A stretch of DNA of 64,000 nucleotides, from the NCBI GenBank assembly GCA_963847445.1, contig CAWJZV010000046.1, positions 1-64,000 on the forward strand, given 5' to 3'. Below, in pieces: positions 43,477 through 53,790 of the stretch; within the stretch, counting starts at the first letter, position 1, and each line of letters starts with the position of its first letter. This DNA comes from an uncultured delta proteobacterium (GTDB taxonomy: Bacteria > Desulfobacterota > Binatia > UBA9968). The notes below the pieces were generated by a model, which ran no database searches, was not told the DNA's origin, and saw only the letters and a list, made by a program, of their open reading frames with translations. A program made the translations under genes and the position numbers.

Positions 43477-43785
43477 GCTAGTACGACGCCGATTTTGTAA
43501 AGTTATTGTCACGGCTGGCGGGTGGAGAACCCTTCATAGAGGGAGATTTTCCTCCGCCCGCGGAAATTCTTCAAAGGCAGGATAAGCGATCTGCTTTAGC
43601 GGAATATATCTGAGACCAATTTAATTCTGGATTGATTTTGTACTAGAAGATGCGCTTGGTCGGCGCCTCCATCGCAAGATCTCACAAATTAGTCCTAGCG
43701 GGCTGATACTTCTGGCTGATACTTCTATAGTTACCTTCGCGGCGACTGATCATAATCACCTCATTCAGCTAAATAGATGGGCACT

Positions 43786-44415
43786 TCATGTTTTTGCTTT
43801 TTTCCCCGGTGCTTCAAACTGCTTGTCCTTCATCTTACTGACGAGATCTTGGTAGGAAGACTTACCGATAACGCGGTTAAATTGCGAGCGATAGTTATTG
43901 ACCAGGCTGACATTCTCAATCACGGCGTCGTAAATCTTCCAGCCGCCGCTGGTCTGGTGCAGCTTGTAATCGATGGCATATTCTTCACCTTTTTTTGTCA
44001 CGATCTTGGTATTCACTTCGGCGAAATCTTTGTCCTGCTTCTCATTTGCCACGACAACCTTTTCTCCATTATAAGACTCGATCGCGTCGACGTAGGATGA
44101 TTCCACAAGATCCGTGAAAAGCTTGACGAACTCCTGCTGTTCAGCCGGGTTTCGCCGCTGCCAGTGGGATCCAAGAGAACGCTTGGCCATCTCGGCAAAG
44201 TCAAAACTTGGTCTGATGGTCTGTCGTAGTCGATCGAGCCGCTCCGATTTAACGCTTGAATCCGTGAGAATCGCCAGAACTTTTTCGATTGTGGCTCGCG
44301 TCTGATCGCTCGGCGCCCCCGCGTTTAGCGGCAACGCAACGAACAGGAAACTCGCGGTAAGTAAGAAAAGAAGCCAGCGTTTGTGCGTCGGATAGTAGTT
44401 CATTCGTGTCCTCAT
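43786..44415 (-). CDS. mlaC: MlaC/Ttg2D-family periplasmic lipid-binding protein
   Basis: FDFAEMAKRSLG..W, WKIYD..IENVSLVNNYRSQF. Confidence 0.85.
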   Translation of the reverse strand: MRTRMNYYPTHKRWLLFLLTASFLFVALPLNAGAPSDQTRATIEKVLAILTDSSVKSERLDRLRQTIRPSFDFAEMAKRSLGSHWQRRNPAEQQEFVKLFTDLVESSYVDAIESYNGEKVVVANEKQDKDFAEVNTKIVTKKGEEYAIDYKLHQTSGGWKIYDAVIENVSLVNNYRSQFNRVIGKSSYQDLVSKMKDKQFEAPGKKAKT

Positions 44416-44494
44416 GCTAATGGCAAGTCGAAATATTCGCTGCGTTCTAAAACTGCATCACTTATGCCGATAGATTATCCCGGCAGCTAGATGA

Positions 44495-44509
44495 GCAAGT
44501 GAGATGCCA
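44495..44509 (-). promoter_or_regulatory. Sigma54 promoter upstream of mlaC; second weaker site at 44455-44469
   Basis: TGGCAT-CTCAC-TTGC; second site CGGCAT-AAGTG-ATGC. Confidence 0.65.
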
Positions 44510-44669
44510 AGAGGAGGGTGCAAGATGAGCGTGAAGTTACAGTGTTTTTTGGTTAGTTAAAGAGGAGCTTGCGAGATGACGTGAAAGTGTTTTTCATACT
44601 GACTAGATAGGAATTTTCCTTCGCTCGCGATTCCCGCGCGTGCGCGAGACAACACAGGATTAGTTGTTG

Positions 44670-44942
44670 TCCAAGAGAGGGTATGAAGTGCGCATGGCCT
44701 TGAACGGCGACGAAGCTTTGAAGCTAGTCGATAATGACTGGCTTTACGCGATATCAGAATGGGACCGGCGAGCGGACATCGCTCTTGAGTGAAATAAAGC
44801 AGCGTCGTCCTGAAATCACCGTCATCACGATGACATGCCGATCCGACCAGCGATTCCCGCAGCCAAGCGTTTGGCGCTTCGCTTATTTCACCAAACCCTT
44901 GGATCTCAGGAACTCCTGAAGACCATTCATAGACTCTCGTAG
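44670..44942 (+). pseudogene. Degenerate receiver-domain gene
   Basis: Fragments GYEVRMALNGDEALKLV, LLSEIKQRRPEITVITMT, FAYFTKPLDL in different frames; no N-terminal acidic pocket. Confidence 0.55.
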
Positions 44943-45128
44943 GCCGGTGAAAATCAATAGACTTTGATGAGTCAACTGCAAGCGTTCGGTTGGCGCATTC
45001 AGCGAGGCCGATTGTTAGGGAGAATCCCTCTCGTGATCACAGGGAAAATCCTCCCCATCGTTTCCTCGGCCCCTTACACTCGGTCAAAAGTCCAGCAAGA
45101 TCAAAGGCCTTATTCAATTTAATTGGTC

Positions 45129-45144
45129 TGGTACAGGCCTTGCA
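45129..45144 (+). promoter_or_regulatory. Sigma54 promoter upstream of a small lipoprotein gene
   Basis: TGGTAC-AGGCC-TTGCA with exact spacing; paired upstream boxes at 45017 and 45041. Confidence 0.6.
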
Positions 45145-45210
45145 CAGCGATAGTTTATCGAGTGCCGTTTTGTTTATGAATTCTAAGTTTCGTTTCTGCA
45201 GGAGGTTGTT

Positions 45211-45469
45211 ATGCGTAAAAATCATTTTATCGTGGGTTGCTTTTTGGTTCTGAGTCTGGGCGCCGGATGCTCAACTCAAACTAGAACGGTTACCAGCGAA
45301 ACTCGAGAGTATCCTTCAGAAGCGGTCGTGGAGCAGCCGCACCGAAACCACGACTACAGAAACTCGCGGTGAATCCGGCGGCGTATTGAGCAGTACCGTC
45401 GATGTGGTGGGCGACGTTCTAGCCCTTCCTTTCCGCGCCGTCGGTGGTTTGTTGAAGGGCATTTTCTAA
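45211..45469 (+). CDS. Small putative lipoprotein (~85 aa, one frameshift); missed by the ORF track
   Basis: GGAGG RBS; MRKNHFIVGCFLVLSLGAGC lipobox; Thr-rich linker; C-terminal GGVLSSTVDVVGDVLALPFRAVGGLLKGIF. Confidence 0.65.
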
Positions 45470-45706
45470 CAGCATTTGCGTCACGGTAATGCTTTACTCG
45501 ATGAGCACGCGCAATCCTATTTGAATTGTTTCTCGGTGTTGCTGTCTCCGCGGGAAGATTCTCCGCTTGAAAGTGGTTGATATTCTCCGCGGAACTCTCA
45601 GACCTCCGACCAAGTAGTCTAGAAGTCAGTGAGAGCGTGCGTTGCGGGTTACCAAAGGAACGAGTTTCCTTCGTATTTGGTATTGAATTGTTACAGAGGA
45701 CCGCAA

Positions 45707-46354
45707 ATGAAGAATAGGAGACACTATACCAGCGTTATTACTGGTTTTGCGATTGTCGGACTGATTAACACAACTGGTTGCTCGACATCCGCGACGGAGG
45801 CAAAGAAGTCCATGGGTGCACCGTCACCCCGAGCATCCGCGCCGCAGTCACCGTCGGGTGCGCTAAATTCTCCAGGCTTGACCGCTGACGCTTTGCGTTC
45901 AAGAGAGCAGGACAAATCTAGCTTAGAAGCACTGCGGCGAGGCGATGCCCCACCGACGTCGGGTGATGGCGGGTTAAAAGAAGTGTATTTTGACTTCGAC
46001 CAGTACGATCTCGACAGCGAAGACCGGGCGATTCTGCGCGCCAACGCCGACTGGCTCAAGAAAAATCTCACGGCACGCGTGGAAATCGAAGGTCATTCCG
46101 ACGAACGCGGCACCAACGATTACAATTTGGCTCTCGGTGCCAAGCGGGCGCAAGCGGCCAAAGACTATTTAACGAGCCTCGGTGTTTCGGCGGATCGAAT
46201 CACCACAACCAGCTATGGCGAAGAGATTCCGGCTTGCCGCTCGCAATCCGAAGATTGCCTGCAAAAAAATCGTCGCGACAAGTTTGTGATCACAGGCCCA
46301 GGGAGCAATACGCTAGATCGGGTCGGAATCAGCAGCCGAGAGGGATCTGCATGA
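45707..46354 (+). CDS. pal: Peptidoglycan-associated lipoprotein (OmpA C-terminal domain)
   Basis: TGC lipobox, VYFDFD, IEGHSDERGT..YNLALG.KRA, SYGEE.P, NRR. Confidence 0.88.
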   Translation: MKNRRHYTSVITGFAIVGLINTTGCSTSATEAKKSMGAPSPRASAPQSPSGALNSPGLTADALRSREQDKSSLEALRRGDAPPTSGDGGLKEVYFDFDQYDLDSEDRAILRANADWLKKNLTARVEIEGHSDERGTNDYNLALGAKRAQAAKDYLTSLGVSADRITTTSYGEEIPACRSQSEDCLQKNRRDKFVITGPGSNTLDRVGISSREGSA

Positions 46355-47199
46355 CCACCTATTGCATCAATGAATCGCTACAATCTGGTGGGATTCCCCA
46401 ACGATTGAACTTTAATGATCAAAATCTCTGGCAGGTGGTTGTCGAGTCGCCGGCGATATTTGTGTTTCTTGACTTCGACGGAACCGTAGCCGAAATCGCG
46501 CCAACTCCGGCCGACGTATTGTTTAGCGAGCCGCGAAAACGTTGGCTCAGAGATTTTCATTCGTTGCCCGGATGCTCCGTTGGAATCGTCAGTGGCCGTC
46601 CCATTGACGAGCTGAAGCGGCTCATCGGTTTAGAACAGATTTTTTATGTCGGTTGCCACGGCTTGGAGTGGGCGGCGCCCGACGGCACGTCCAATTTGTC
46701 ATGGCCGCACCGGGTGATTGTCGATGCGCTACGTTCCTTGCGCGAAGAGATGAGCCGAGCTATGGCGGACGCTGATGGAATTATCCTGGAAGACAAGGGC
46801 ATTGCTCTCGCCTTGCACTTCCGGCAGGCCGAGGGCGACACGGCATGGGCGGCGCGCCAGGAGTTTGTCCGCGCGGTCCATGGCTATCAGCAGCAGGGCG
46901 TTAAACTGGAACTTTTGGCCGGCAATGAAGTTATTGAAGCCAAACCCACAGGCATGACGAAAGCCGATGCCATAATGCAAATCCTCGCACGCTATGCTCC
47001 CACCGCGTTGCCGATCTATATTGGCGACGACCGCACCAATCAAGCAGCGTTTGAAGCCATTGCGGAAATCGGCATGGCTATTCACGTCGAGGAAACGCCA
47101 CGAAAGACCGCCGCCGCTCGATTTCTCAAGAACCCTACCGAAGTATATCTGTTTCTTCGTTGCCTGACCCATATGAGAGAAAAGCGAGACAAAACTTGA
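46351..47199 (+). CDS. otsB: Trehalose-6-phosphate phosphatase
   Basis: FLDFDGT, VSGR, GCHGLE, EDKG..ALHFRQ, IGDDRT. Confidence 0.85.
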   Translation: MTTYCINESLQSGGIPQRLNFNDQNLWQVVVESPAIFVFLDFDGTVAEIAPTPADVLFSEPRKRWLRDFHSLPGCSVGIVSGRPIDELKRLIGLEQIFYVGCHGLEWAAPDGTSNLSWPHRVIVDALRSLREEMSRAMADADGIILEDKGIALALHFRQAEGDTAWAARQEFVRAVHGYQQQGVKLELLAGNEVIEAKPTGMTKADAIMQILARYAPTALPIYIGDDRTNQAAFEAIAEIGMAIHVEETPRKTAAARFLKNPTEVYLFLRCLTHMREKRDKT

Positions 47200-47626
47200 T
47201 CGCAACTCGCCGGCACTGCTGCGATACGCGCTCGAGCGTCTGACGCCGGCATTACCACAGGACCTTTTGGCCATACCGCGCCAAGCGCATCGAACAGATC
47301 ACTGCAGCGGATTATTATCGTCGTCATTGCCTGCAGCAAAAATTTTCAACCAATTCCGCAGTCGAGCCGCGCGCGATATTAGAAATCGCCGCGGCTTGTG
47401 GCGTTTCGCTGCCAAGGTGGAATGGCCCGAGTTGCTCGGCTAGAAGCGTTCACTGCCGGTTTGACAATTTTCATCGCGCGGTGCTATCAGGCAGATGTTG
47501 ACGCTATCATGACGGTCAACAAGCACGGTGGCGGGGCCTCTAGACAAGCCGCGTCGGGTCCGTCCATGTTTCAAGCAAACTTTCGCAACGCCAGGTTCGG
47601 CGAAAACGTCGGCAGAGGAGAAACCA

Positions 47627-48706
47627 ATGACACAGCAATTGAAAGTCATCGACGGTGACGGTCATATTTTCGAAGATAGCGATGGCATCGCCCGGCACTT
47701 TCCCTACAGCGCGACCGGCGCACGGCTGCGCAGCGGGGTGTTTCCGCTCAACAGCCATATCCAGTATTCCCTGACGCGGACGCCGCCGGGGGCCTTCGCG
47801 ACCAACGCTGAAGGCCGGTTTGTTAACCCCGGTCCCGAGGGTTGGATCAAGTTCATGGAGGAGGCGGAGATCGAGCATGCGGTGCTTTTTCCCACCGCGG
47901 GCCAACGCATTGGCCGTATCGTCGACCGCGACTACGCTTGCGGCGCGGCGCGCGCGTACAACGATTGGTTGGCGGAGACTTATCTGCGGCGCGATTCGCG
48001 TTTCAAAGGGGTCGCGCTGTTACCGATGCATGATGCCGATGCAGCGTTGGCGGAACTGCAACATGCGCACAAAGATTTGGCCATGGCCGCCGTGCTGTTT
48101 CCGGCCACCGGAGTTCATTTGAATCTCGGCGCCAAGCCCTACTGGCCAGTCTACGCCGAGGCGGCGCGCTTGGGTATCCCCGTTGTCGTGCACGGCGGCG
48201 GCCATTGGGATTTAGGAATGGAAACCATGAACGTTTCCACCGGCGCCAACGCCATCGGCCATCCGATGTCACTGGCAATCGCTCTGGCGGAGATGGTGCT
48301 AAACAATTTGTTCGAACGCTTCCCCGGTCTGCGCGTCGCTTATCTGGAAGGCGGTCCGCTGTGGTTTCTCATGGCGCTCGAACGTCTGTCGCGATCCTTC
48401 GAGGCCGGCACGCCGGTCAATCCGCGCGGGGAACTGCTGCAATTGCCGGAGGGACAAACCGTCGCGGAGTACATTTTCGGGCTAGTCCGCGCTGGCCGCC
48501 TGGTGGTGGGGATCGAAGGCGGTGAAAGTGATCTCGCTTACGCGATCAAGGTCGCTGGCGAGCAAGCGTTCATGTTCTCGTCGGACTTCCCGCACGAAGT
48601 GAATCTGCAAACGATCCGAAAGGAGATTCATGAACTGCAGGAGCGCAAGGAAATTAGCGATGGCGCCAAGCAGGCGGTCCTGCGCGGTAATGCCGCCAGG
48701 TTTTAG
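47627..48706 (+). CDS. Amidohydrolase_2-family protein
   Basis: IDGDGH, ARAYNDWLAE, VVHGG, RFPGLRVAYLEGG, FSSDFPH, NAARF. Confidence 0.9.
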   Translation: MTQQLKVIDGDGHIFEDSDGIARHFPYSATGARLRSGVFPLNSHIQYSLTRTPPGAFATNAEGRFVNPGPEGWIKFMEEAEIEHAVLFPTAGQRIGRIVDRDYACGAARAYNDWLAETYLRRDSRFKGVALLPMHDADAALAELQHAHKDLAMAAVLFPATGVHLNLGAKPYWPVYAEAARLGIPVVVHGGGHWDLGMETMNVSTGANAIGHPMSLAIALAEMVLNNLFERFPGLRVAYLEGGPLWFLMALERLSRSFEAGTPVNPRGELLQLPEGQTVAEYIFGLVRAGRLVVGIEGGESDLAYAIKVAGEQAFMFSSDFPHEVNLQTIRKEIHELQERKEISDGAKQAVLRGNAARF

Positions 48707-48911
48707 CTAGCTGTCCTGCGCGGCAACGCCGCACGCTTTTCAGGTTGGCGTCTCCGGTTAACTGAGGAATGAACATCAGGGAATTGACCGCTAGCACGCA
48801 AATCCGGGGATCACGGATTCCTTCATAATTTCTTCATCCACATAGGATGAGCATTCCGTAGTACGAATTACGATGCGTGCAAAGTACCTCAGGTGAAGCT
48901 TTGGTGCATAA

Positions 48912-49648
48912 TCAATTCTGGCCGAGACGTACCATTGCCGCCTTGAGGCTCGCCCGCATACGCTCAAGAGAGTGGGTAAGCTCTTCGAATTCATCGCGCG
49001 ACTCCGAGCTATGGGAACGTCGAGATCCCCCGTGCTGATACGCTCGGCGACCTCGATCAAGCTCTTGAATGGCCGTATTAAGCGATTTGCCAGGAAAGCC
49101 GCGATGATGACCGCTGTGGCGAGCACAAGAGTTAGCGGAATCATAAACAGCAAGAATCGATTATGGATTTCGCGCTCAACGATATCTGACCACACTCCCA
49201 AACGGACCGCTCCTAGCCGCCCCTCGAGAATCGGCCGGCGTATTTCCGTTACAGGCTTCCCTTCTATGCTTATCTCACGTCGGCTGGTTTGACTCTGCTC
49301 ATCGTGACTCAGATTTTTTTGAATCTCCGGTGACAATGATAGCAAACTATTGGCAATAACATTGCCCTCACGGTTTTGAATAATAGCATAAGCAACGCCG
49401 TTTAACTCCCCATATCTGGCAACGAGAGAATGAGGACCTAACGCATCCTTACTCAAGACATATCCGGCGGCAGTATCCGCCATGCTAGTCGCAATCAATG
49501 AGGCCTGTTGGGCGTAGCTTTCTCTCAGTGCACGACCGAGAAAATAGTAAACGATGCTCGCGATAGTCAACCCGACAACGACGATCAAGATGATGAAGTC
49601 TCTTCTCATCGATAGGATCAAACTTTTTCCTTGAGCGTCGAAATCCAC
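48912..49648 (-). CDS. Two-TM membrane sensor ending in a HAMP domain with no output domain; frameshift near the 3' end
   Basis: TM-periplasmic-TM, IRPFKSL..VAERISTGDLDVPI; the shifted frame gives SRDEFEELTHSLERMRASLKAAMVRLGQN*. Confidence 0.7.
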
Positions 49649-50627
49649 CGCGGCTCCTTCTCGTTAGATTGCGTTTGCGGCTCGGCCATTTTTGTTAGCA
49701 GGAGCGAAAACGGCAACATTTTTTGCTGGAACTCCGCGCGTAGCACCTTGTCAAGTATTTCAGGGCTCGTAATTCGACGATCTTTTTTTAGTTTGAATTT
49801 ACCCGAACCCGTTGCGGCAATCTCCTGAAGACGGACAACCATAAATAAACAACCGGGGTAATGTCAACAACTTTAAGGTCAAAAACTACGACAATAGCTG
49901 TTGTGTAAAGTTTTTTTACATTGTCTGCACTGGCCCTATTTTCCTCTCCCGTTTCGCGGCGAAAACTCGTATGCAACGCTGCACAGTACTTGCGGCTACT
50001 GTGCAGCGATCGCAGGCAAATTTAAGAACGGATGCTCCGTGCTTGAATTCTTCACAGATCAGTCAAAAAAACCTACTAGATCGGAAGTCTGAAGAGCCGA
50101 ATTTTATGCCGCGCAAAGCGCCTGCGCATTTACCGCCCAATAGTGACTAGCTGGCTTGTGTTACCCGCGAGCTTGCGTGGTGAATCTGGGTACCGAGCGC
50201 CGGCGCGCCGGCACCGGCATGCGCGGGTTTTTGTCCCATTCGTAGATGGTGTCTCCGGTTGTCGCCATTGTCAGTCTCCTAAATTTTGTCCGATCCGACT
50301 TTGAACTTTTGCCCTCGAACGATTTGATCTGGCCATCAGATAACCGTTCTGGGATCGTGCAACGCTTATCGATCTGGTTGAACGAGTCAAGAAAAGGGAT
50401 GGCGTAGCCTTAAATCCTTCGCGGTATAGAGCAATGAAGAAATCACGAAATGATTGAAGGACTTGAAACATGACCATTCGAAAAAGGGCCGCTTCGGTTC
50501 CTCTTTGACGAGTTTTCCTGAGTAGGATCGAAGGACCGGCATGACGAACTAAAGATTCACCTAAGGGCGGGAAACTTCATTTAACTTCGAACTAAACAGT
50601 TATATCGAATCAAACCAGGAGAGTCTC

Positions 50628-51827
50628 ATGGCGCAAGAAACATCGAATCCTACAGAGTGGCAAGAGCCGGACAAAGGACAGAACGCGGGCATCGGCAGCT
50701 GGAACCGGCCCAACTCGCCGTACGATAACTTTATGGAAAGCGAAGGCGTGCCGATTTATCGCGGCATCGGTGTCGAGCGGGTGCAGGAGCTGCCGTTCAA
50801 ACCATGGAAGCGGCTCGGCGGCCGGGGTACGTTCATTCAGCTCTATGGCACCGAAGGTCTGTGGGGTTGTTACGTCGTTGAAATTCCTGGCGCCGATGGG
50901 CTCAAGGCCGAGCGCCATATGTACGAAGAGATTTATCTGGTCGTCGAGGGGCGCGGCACCACGGAGGTGTGGGTGGACGGATCGGCGCGCAAGCATCAGT
51001 TCGAGTGGCAGACCGGCTCGCTCTTTTCGATCCCGATGAACGCCTGGCATCGTGTGGTCAATGCGCGCTCGACGCCGGCGGTATTACTGGCGGCGACCAC
51101 TGCGCCGAATATGGTCAACCTGGTGCGCAACAGCGATTTCATATTCAATTGCCCCTACGTTTTCAAAGACCGCTACAGCGACGCCGACGATTTCTTTAAA
51201 CCGAACGAGGAAGTCGTGCCCGATCCGCTGCGCGGCCTTGCCATGAGCCGGACCAACCTCATTCCCGATGTCTTCAACAGCGAGTTGCAGTTGGACAATC
51301 GCCGGTCCCCAGGCTACCGGCGCATGGAACCGCGCATGACCGAAAATGTTTTCTATCAGTTCATCGGCGAGCATGAGAACGGCCGTTATTCAAAAGCCCA
51401 TGCTCACGCATCGGCCGCCGTCTTGGTCTGCATCAAAGGCAAGGGCTACACCTACACATGGCCGGTAAAATATGGCTTGACGCCATGGAAGGATGGCCAT
51501 CGCGACCAAATCATTCGCCAAGATTACGATCACGTCGGCATGGTCAGCGCCGCGCCGATGAGCGGTGATTGGTTCCACCAGCACTTTGGAGTTAGCAAAG
51601 AACCGCTGCGCCTGTTGGGTTGGTACGGCCCGAACAATCACCGCGCCCAGCAACCGGGACGGCCGGGCGAAAAGGCGATCGATGAAGGCGCCATCGACGT
51701 CCGCGACGGCGGCACGGCGATCCCCTACGACGAGGAAGATCCGTTTATTCGGGCGGAGTATGAAGAGACGGTGAAACGAGAAGGGGTGGCTTCGCGGATG
51801 GCGGATGATTTGTTTCGACGGAAATAG
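50628..51827 (+). CDS. Bicupin-domain protein
   Basis: ERHMYEE, FEWQTGSLFSIPMNAWH, YSKAHAH, WFHQHF. Confidence 0.82.
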   Translation: MAQETSNPTEWQEPDKGQNAGIGSWNRPNSPYDNFMESEGVPIYRGIGVERVQELPFKPWKRLGGRGTFIQLYGTEGLWGCYVVEIPGADGLKAERHMYEEIYLVVEGRGTTEVWVDGSARKHQFEWQTGSLFSIPMNAWHRVVNARSTPAVLLAATTAPNMVNLVRNSDFIFNCPYVFKDRYSDADDFFKPNEEVVPDPLRGLAMSRTNLIPDVFNSELQLDNRRSPGYRRMEPRMTENVFYQFIGEHENGRYSKAHAHASAAVLVCIKGKGYTYTWPVKYGLTPWKDGHRDQIIRQDYDHVGMVSAAPMSGDWFHQHFGVSKEPLRLLGWYGPNNHRAQQPGRPGEKAIDEGAIDVRDGGTAIPYDEEDPFIRAEYEETVKREGVASRMADDLFRRK

Positions 51828-51904
51828 TTGGGACGGCGCCGCTTATTATGTTGCCGACGCCATGCCCGCGGGATCGCCAGGCATACGCGATTGATTGACG
51901 GATA

Positions 51905-52912
51905 ATGGGAGAAACCATGTTGAGTCTAAGAAGTTGGCTGATTTGTTTTGCTGTTGTGGCCGTTTTCGCCGCTCCGGCGCTAGCACAAAGCCTGCCTAAA
52001 GTCCGCGCCGCCTATACTTCTATAGGCATCCAATTCGATCCGGTTTACATCATGAAGGAGCTTGACCTGCCGCGTAAGCATGGCTTGGACGTCGAGGTGC
52101 TGTTTGTTCCGGTGAGCTCAAGAGCGCTTCAGGCGGCATTGGCGGGCGAGATTCAGTTTCTCACCAGTGGCGGCGTGGCCAATATCAACGCGAATGCGAC
52201 TGGCGCCGATTTCGTTGGGCTGACGGCGACGCTTAATACTTTTGCATTCAAGATTCTTGGCGGACCGGAGATTAAGAAGCCGGAACAATTGAAGGGCAAG
52301 AAGGTGGCGATTTCCCGGCTGGGCGGCGCCAGCGATTTTTCCGTCCGCTATGCGCTCACCCACTGGGGCCTGGTACCCGACAAAGACGTTGCCCTTCTCC
52401 AAGTGGGCGGCGAGCCGGAATCGGTTCTGGCATTGCAAAACAAGGCGGTGGATGCGGCGATTTTATCGGAACCCTTCTCCACGGTTGCCACGCGAGCGGG
52501 CGCGGTTGTAGTTGCTGACTTAAGCCAGCTCGGCGTGCCTTACACGATGCATGGATTCGGCGTGCGCAAGAGTTTTATTCGCGCCAATCGTGATGTCGTC
52601 GTCCGATTCATGAAAGCCTATCTCGAAGGCATCTATGTTTTTAAAACCAACAAAGACCTGGCGCTCAACGTCCTGAAAAAATACACGCGGCTCGACGATT
52701 TGTCCCTGGTGCAAGTGTCCTATGACGAGATGTCCCAGCGACTGATCCGCAGGGTTCCCTACCCTGACCGCGAAGGCATTCAGACCATCATCGATCAACT
52801 CGCCAAGACCCGCCCGCAAATGAAAAGTCTAAACCCCAATGACTTCATCGACCCGTCGATCTTGAAGGAAATCGAGGACAGCGGCTTCATTAAAAAGTTG
52901 TATGGAAATTAA
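51905..52912 (+). CDS. NitT/TauT (SsuA/NMT1-like) ABC substrate-binding protein
   Basis: Signal peptide, KHGLDVE, LKGKKVAISRLG, LQVGG, FIDPSIL.EIEDSGFI. Confidence 0.88.
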   Translation: MGETMLSLRSWLICFAVVAVFAAPALAQSLPKVRAAYTSIGIQFDPVYIMKELDLPRKHGLDVEVLFVPVSSRALQAALAGEIQFLTSGGVANINANATGADFVGLTATLNTFAFKILGGPEIKKPEQLKGKKVAISRLGGASDFSVRYALTHWGLVPDKDVALLQVGGEPESVLALQNKAVDAAILSEPFSTVATRAGAVVVADLSQLGVPYTMHGFGVRKSFIRANRDVVVRFMKAYLEGIYVFKTNKDLALNVLKKYTRLDDLSLVQVSYDEMSQRLIRRVPYPDREGIQTIIDQLAKTRPQMKSLNPNDFIDPSILKEIEDSGFIKKLYGN

Positions 52913-53790
52913 TTGATTACGGTTTCCGACCAGCAATCAAATGTGATTGCTCGCCTGCACATGGTTCAGAAACGATTGTCAGGACTGTCGGGTCCGAGCC
53001 CGCGGACTCCGCCGATGTACTTGAAGCCCTAAACGCTGCCGCTCGGGCAAATCATGTGATGATTTTGTGCAAACTATCTGAAGGGCTACACCGAGGTAAA
53101 AAGGGCCGGATTTCTCCAGTCCTCGTCTTTTTACTAGGTAACGCGTCACGTTGCGTCTCCAGGCTCCCCGTGCTGCGCGGGACCAATGAGAAAGCACGGA
53201 TTGAATGCTCCTCTTTACTTGGAGCAAAGGCACGCTGAGCCTTGCGTCTTTTTTTGTCGGCTTTGATTGCTTCCATGGATTGACGCCTTCCTACTTGTGA
53301 GAAAAGCAAGCTACGTACCAAAACCGACACTTATGCAATATCGATGGGTTAGAAGGTAATGTGTCTCCTAGGGGACATTTTTTGAGACAGATTTGCGATA
53401 TTGAAGGATATTCTCGTACAAATTTGGTCCATGTCTGCCATCTACTGAGCCAATCCGATCGTTTCTTTCCCGTCATGCTGGGGCTGATCTTGCGCGTCAC
53501 CGCGCCGAACTTGCAGGTCACCGCATCTGTAAGGTTATTGATCGGTGTGTCCATGTCGGTGACTGCACGCCGTTACGGAAGTAGTTAAAATCCGCACATC
53601 CTCGATCAGTCGCTGGAAATATTCGCCGTACTGACTGGTGTCGAAACTGTTTGGCGTGTTGCGTGGTGACTCCAAAATCGGCGCGACAAATTCTCATTGC
53701 GGTCAGTCGCAGGGCCGTGCTAAAGGCTCCGTAGGTGATGGGTTAACGTGGATATTTACTCGATTCCGTGCCGTGAAAGGGCTGTGAAAA

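Noticed and set aside
43701-43726. 13-bp tandem duplication ggctgatacttct x2
   Set aside because: It has only two copies and no context suggesting function, so it is likely slippage.
45677-45692. Sigma54 promoter for pal (TGGTAT...TTGT)
   Set aside because: The spacing is one base short and the -12 element is GT, so it cannot be supported without corrected sequence.
52920-53790. Short ORFs between the two binding-protein genes (also 49650-50600 and 42300-42590)
   Set aside because: No RBS, motif or consistent frame is visible. This is probably decayed or non-coding DNA.
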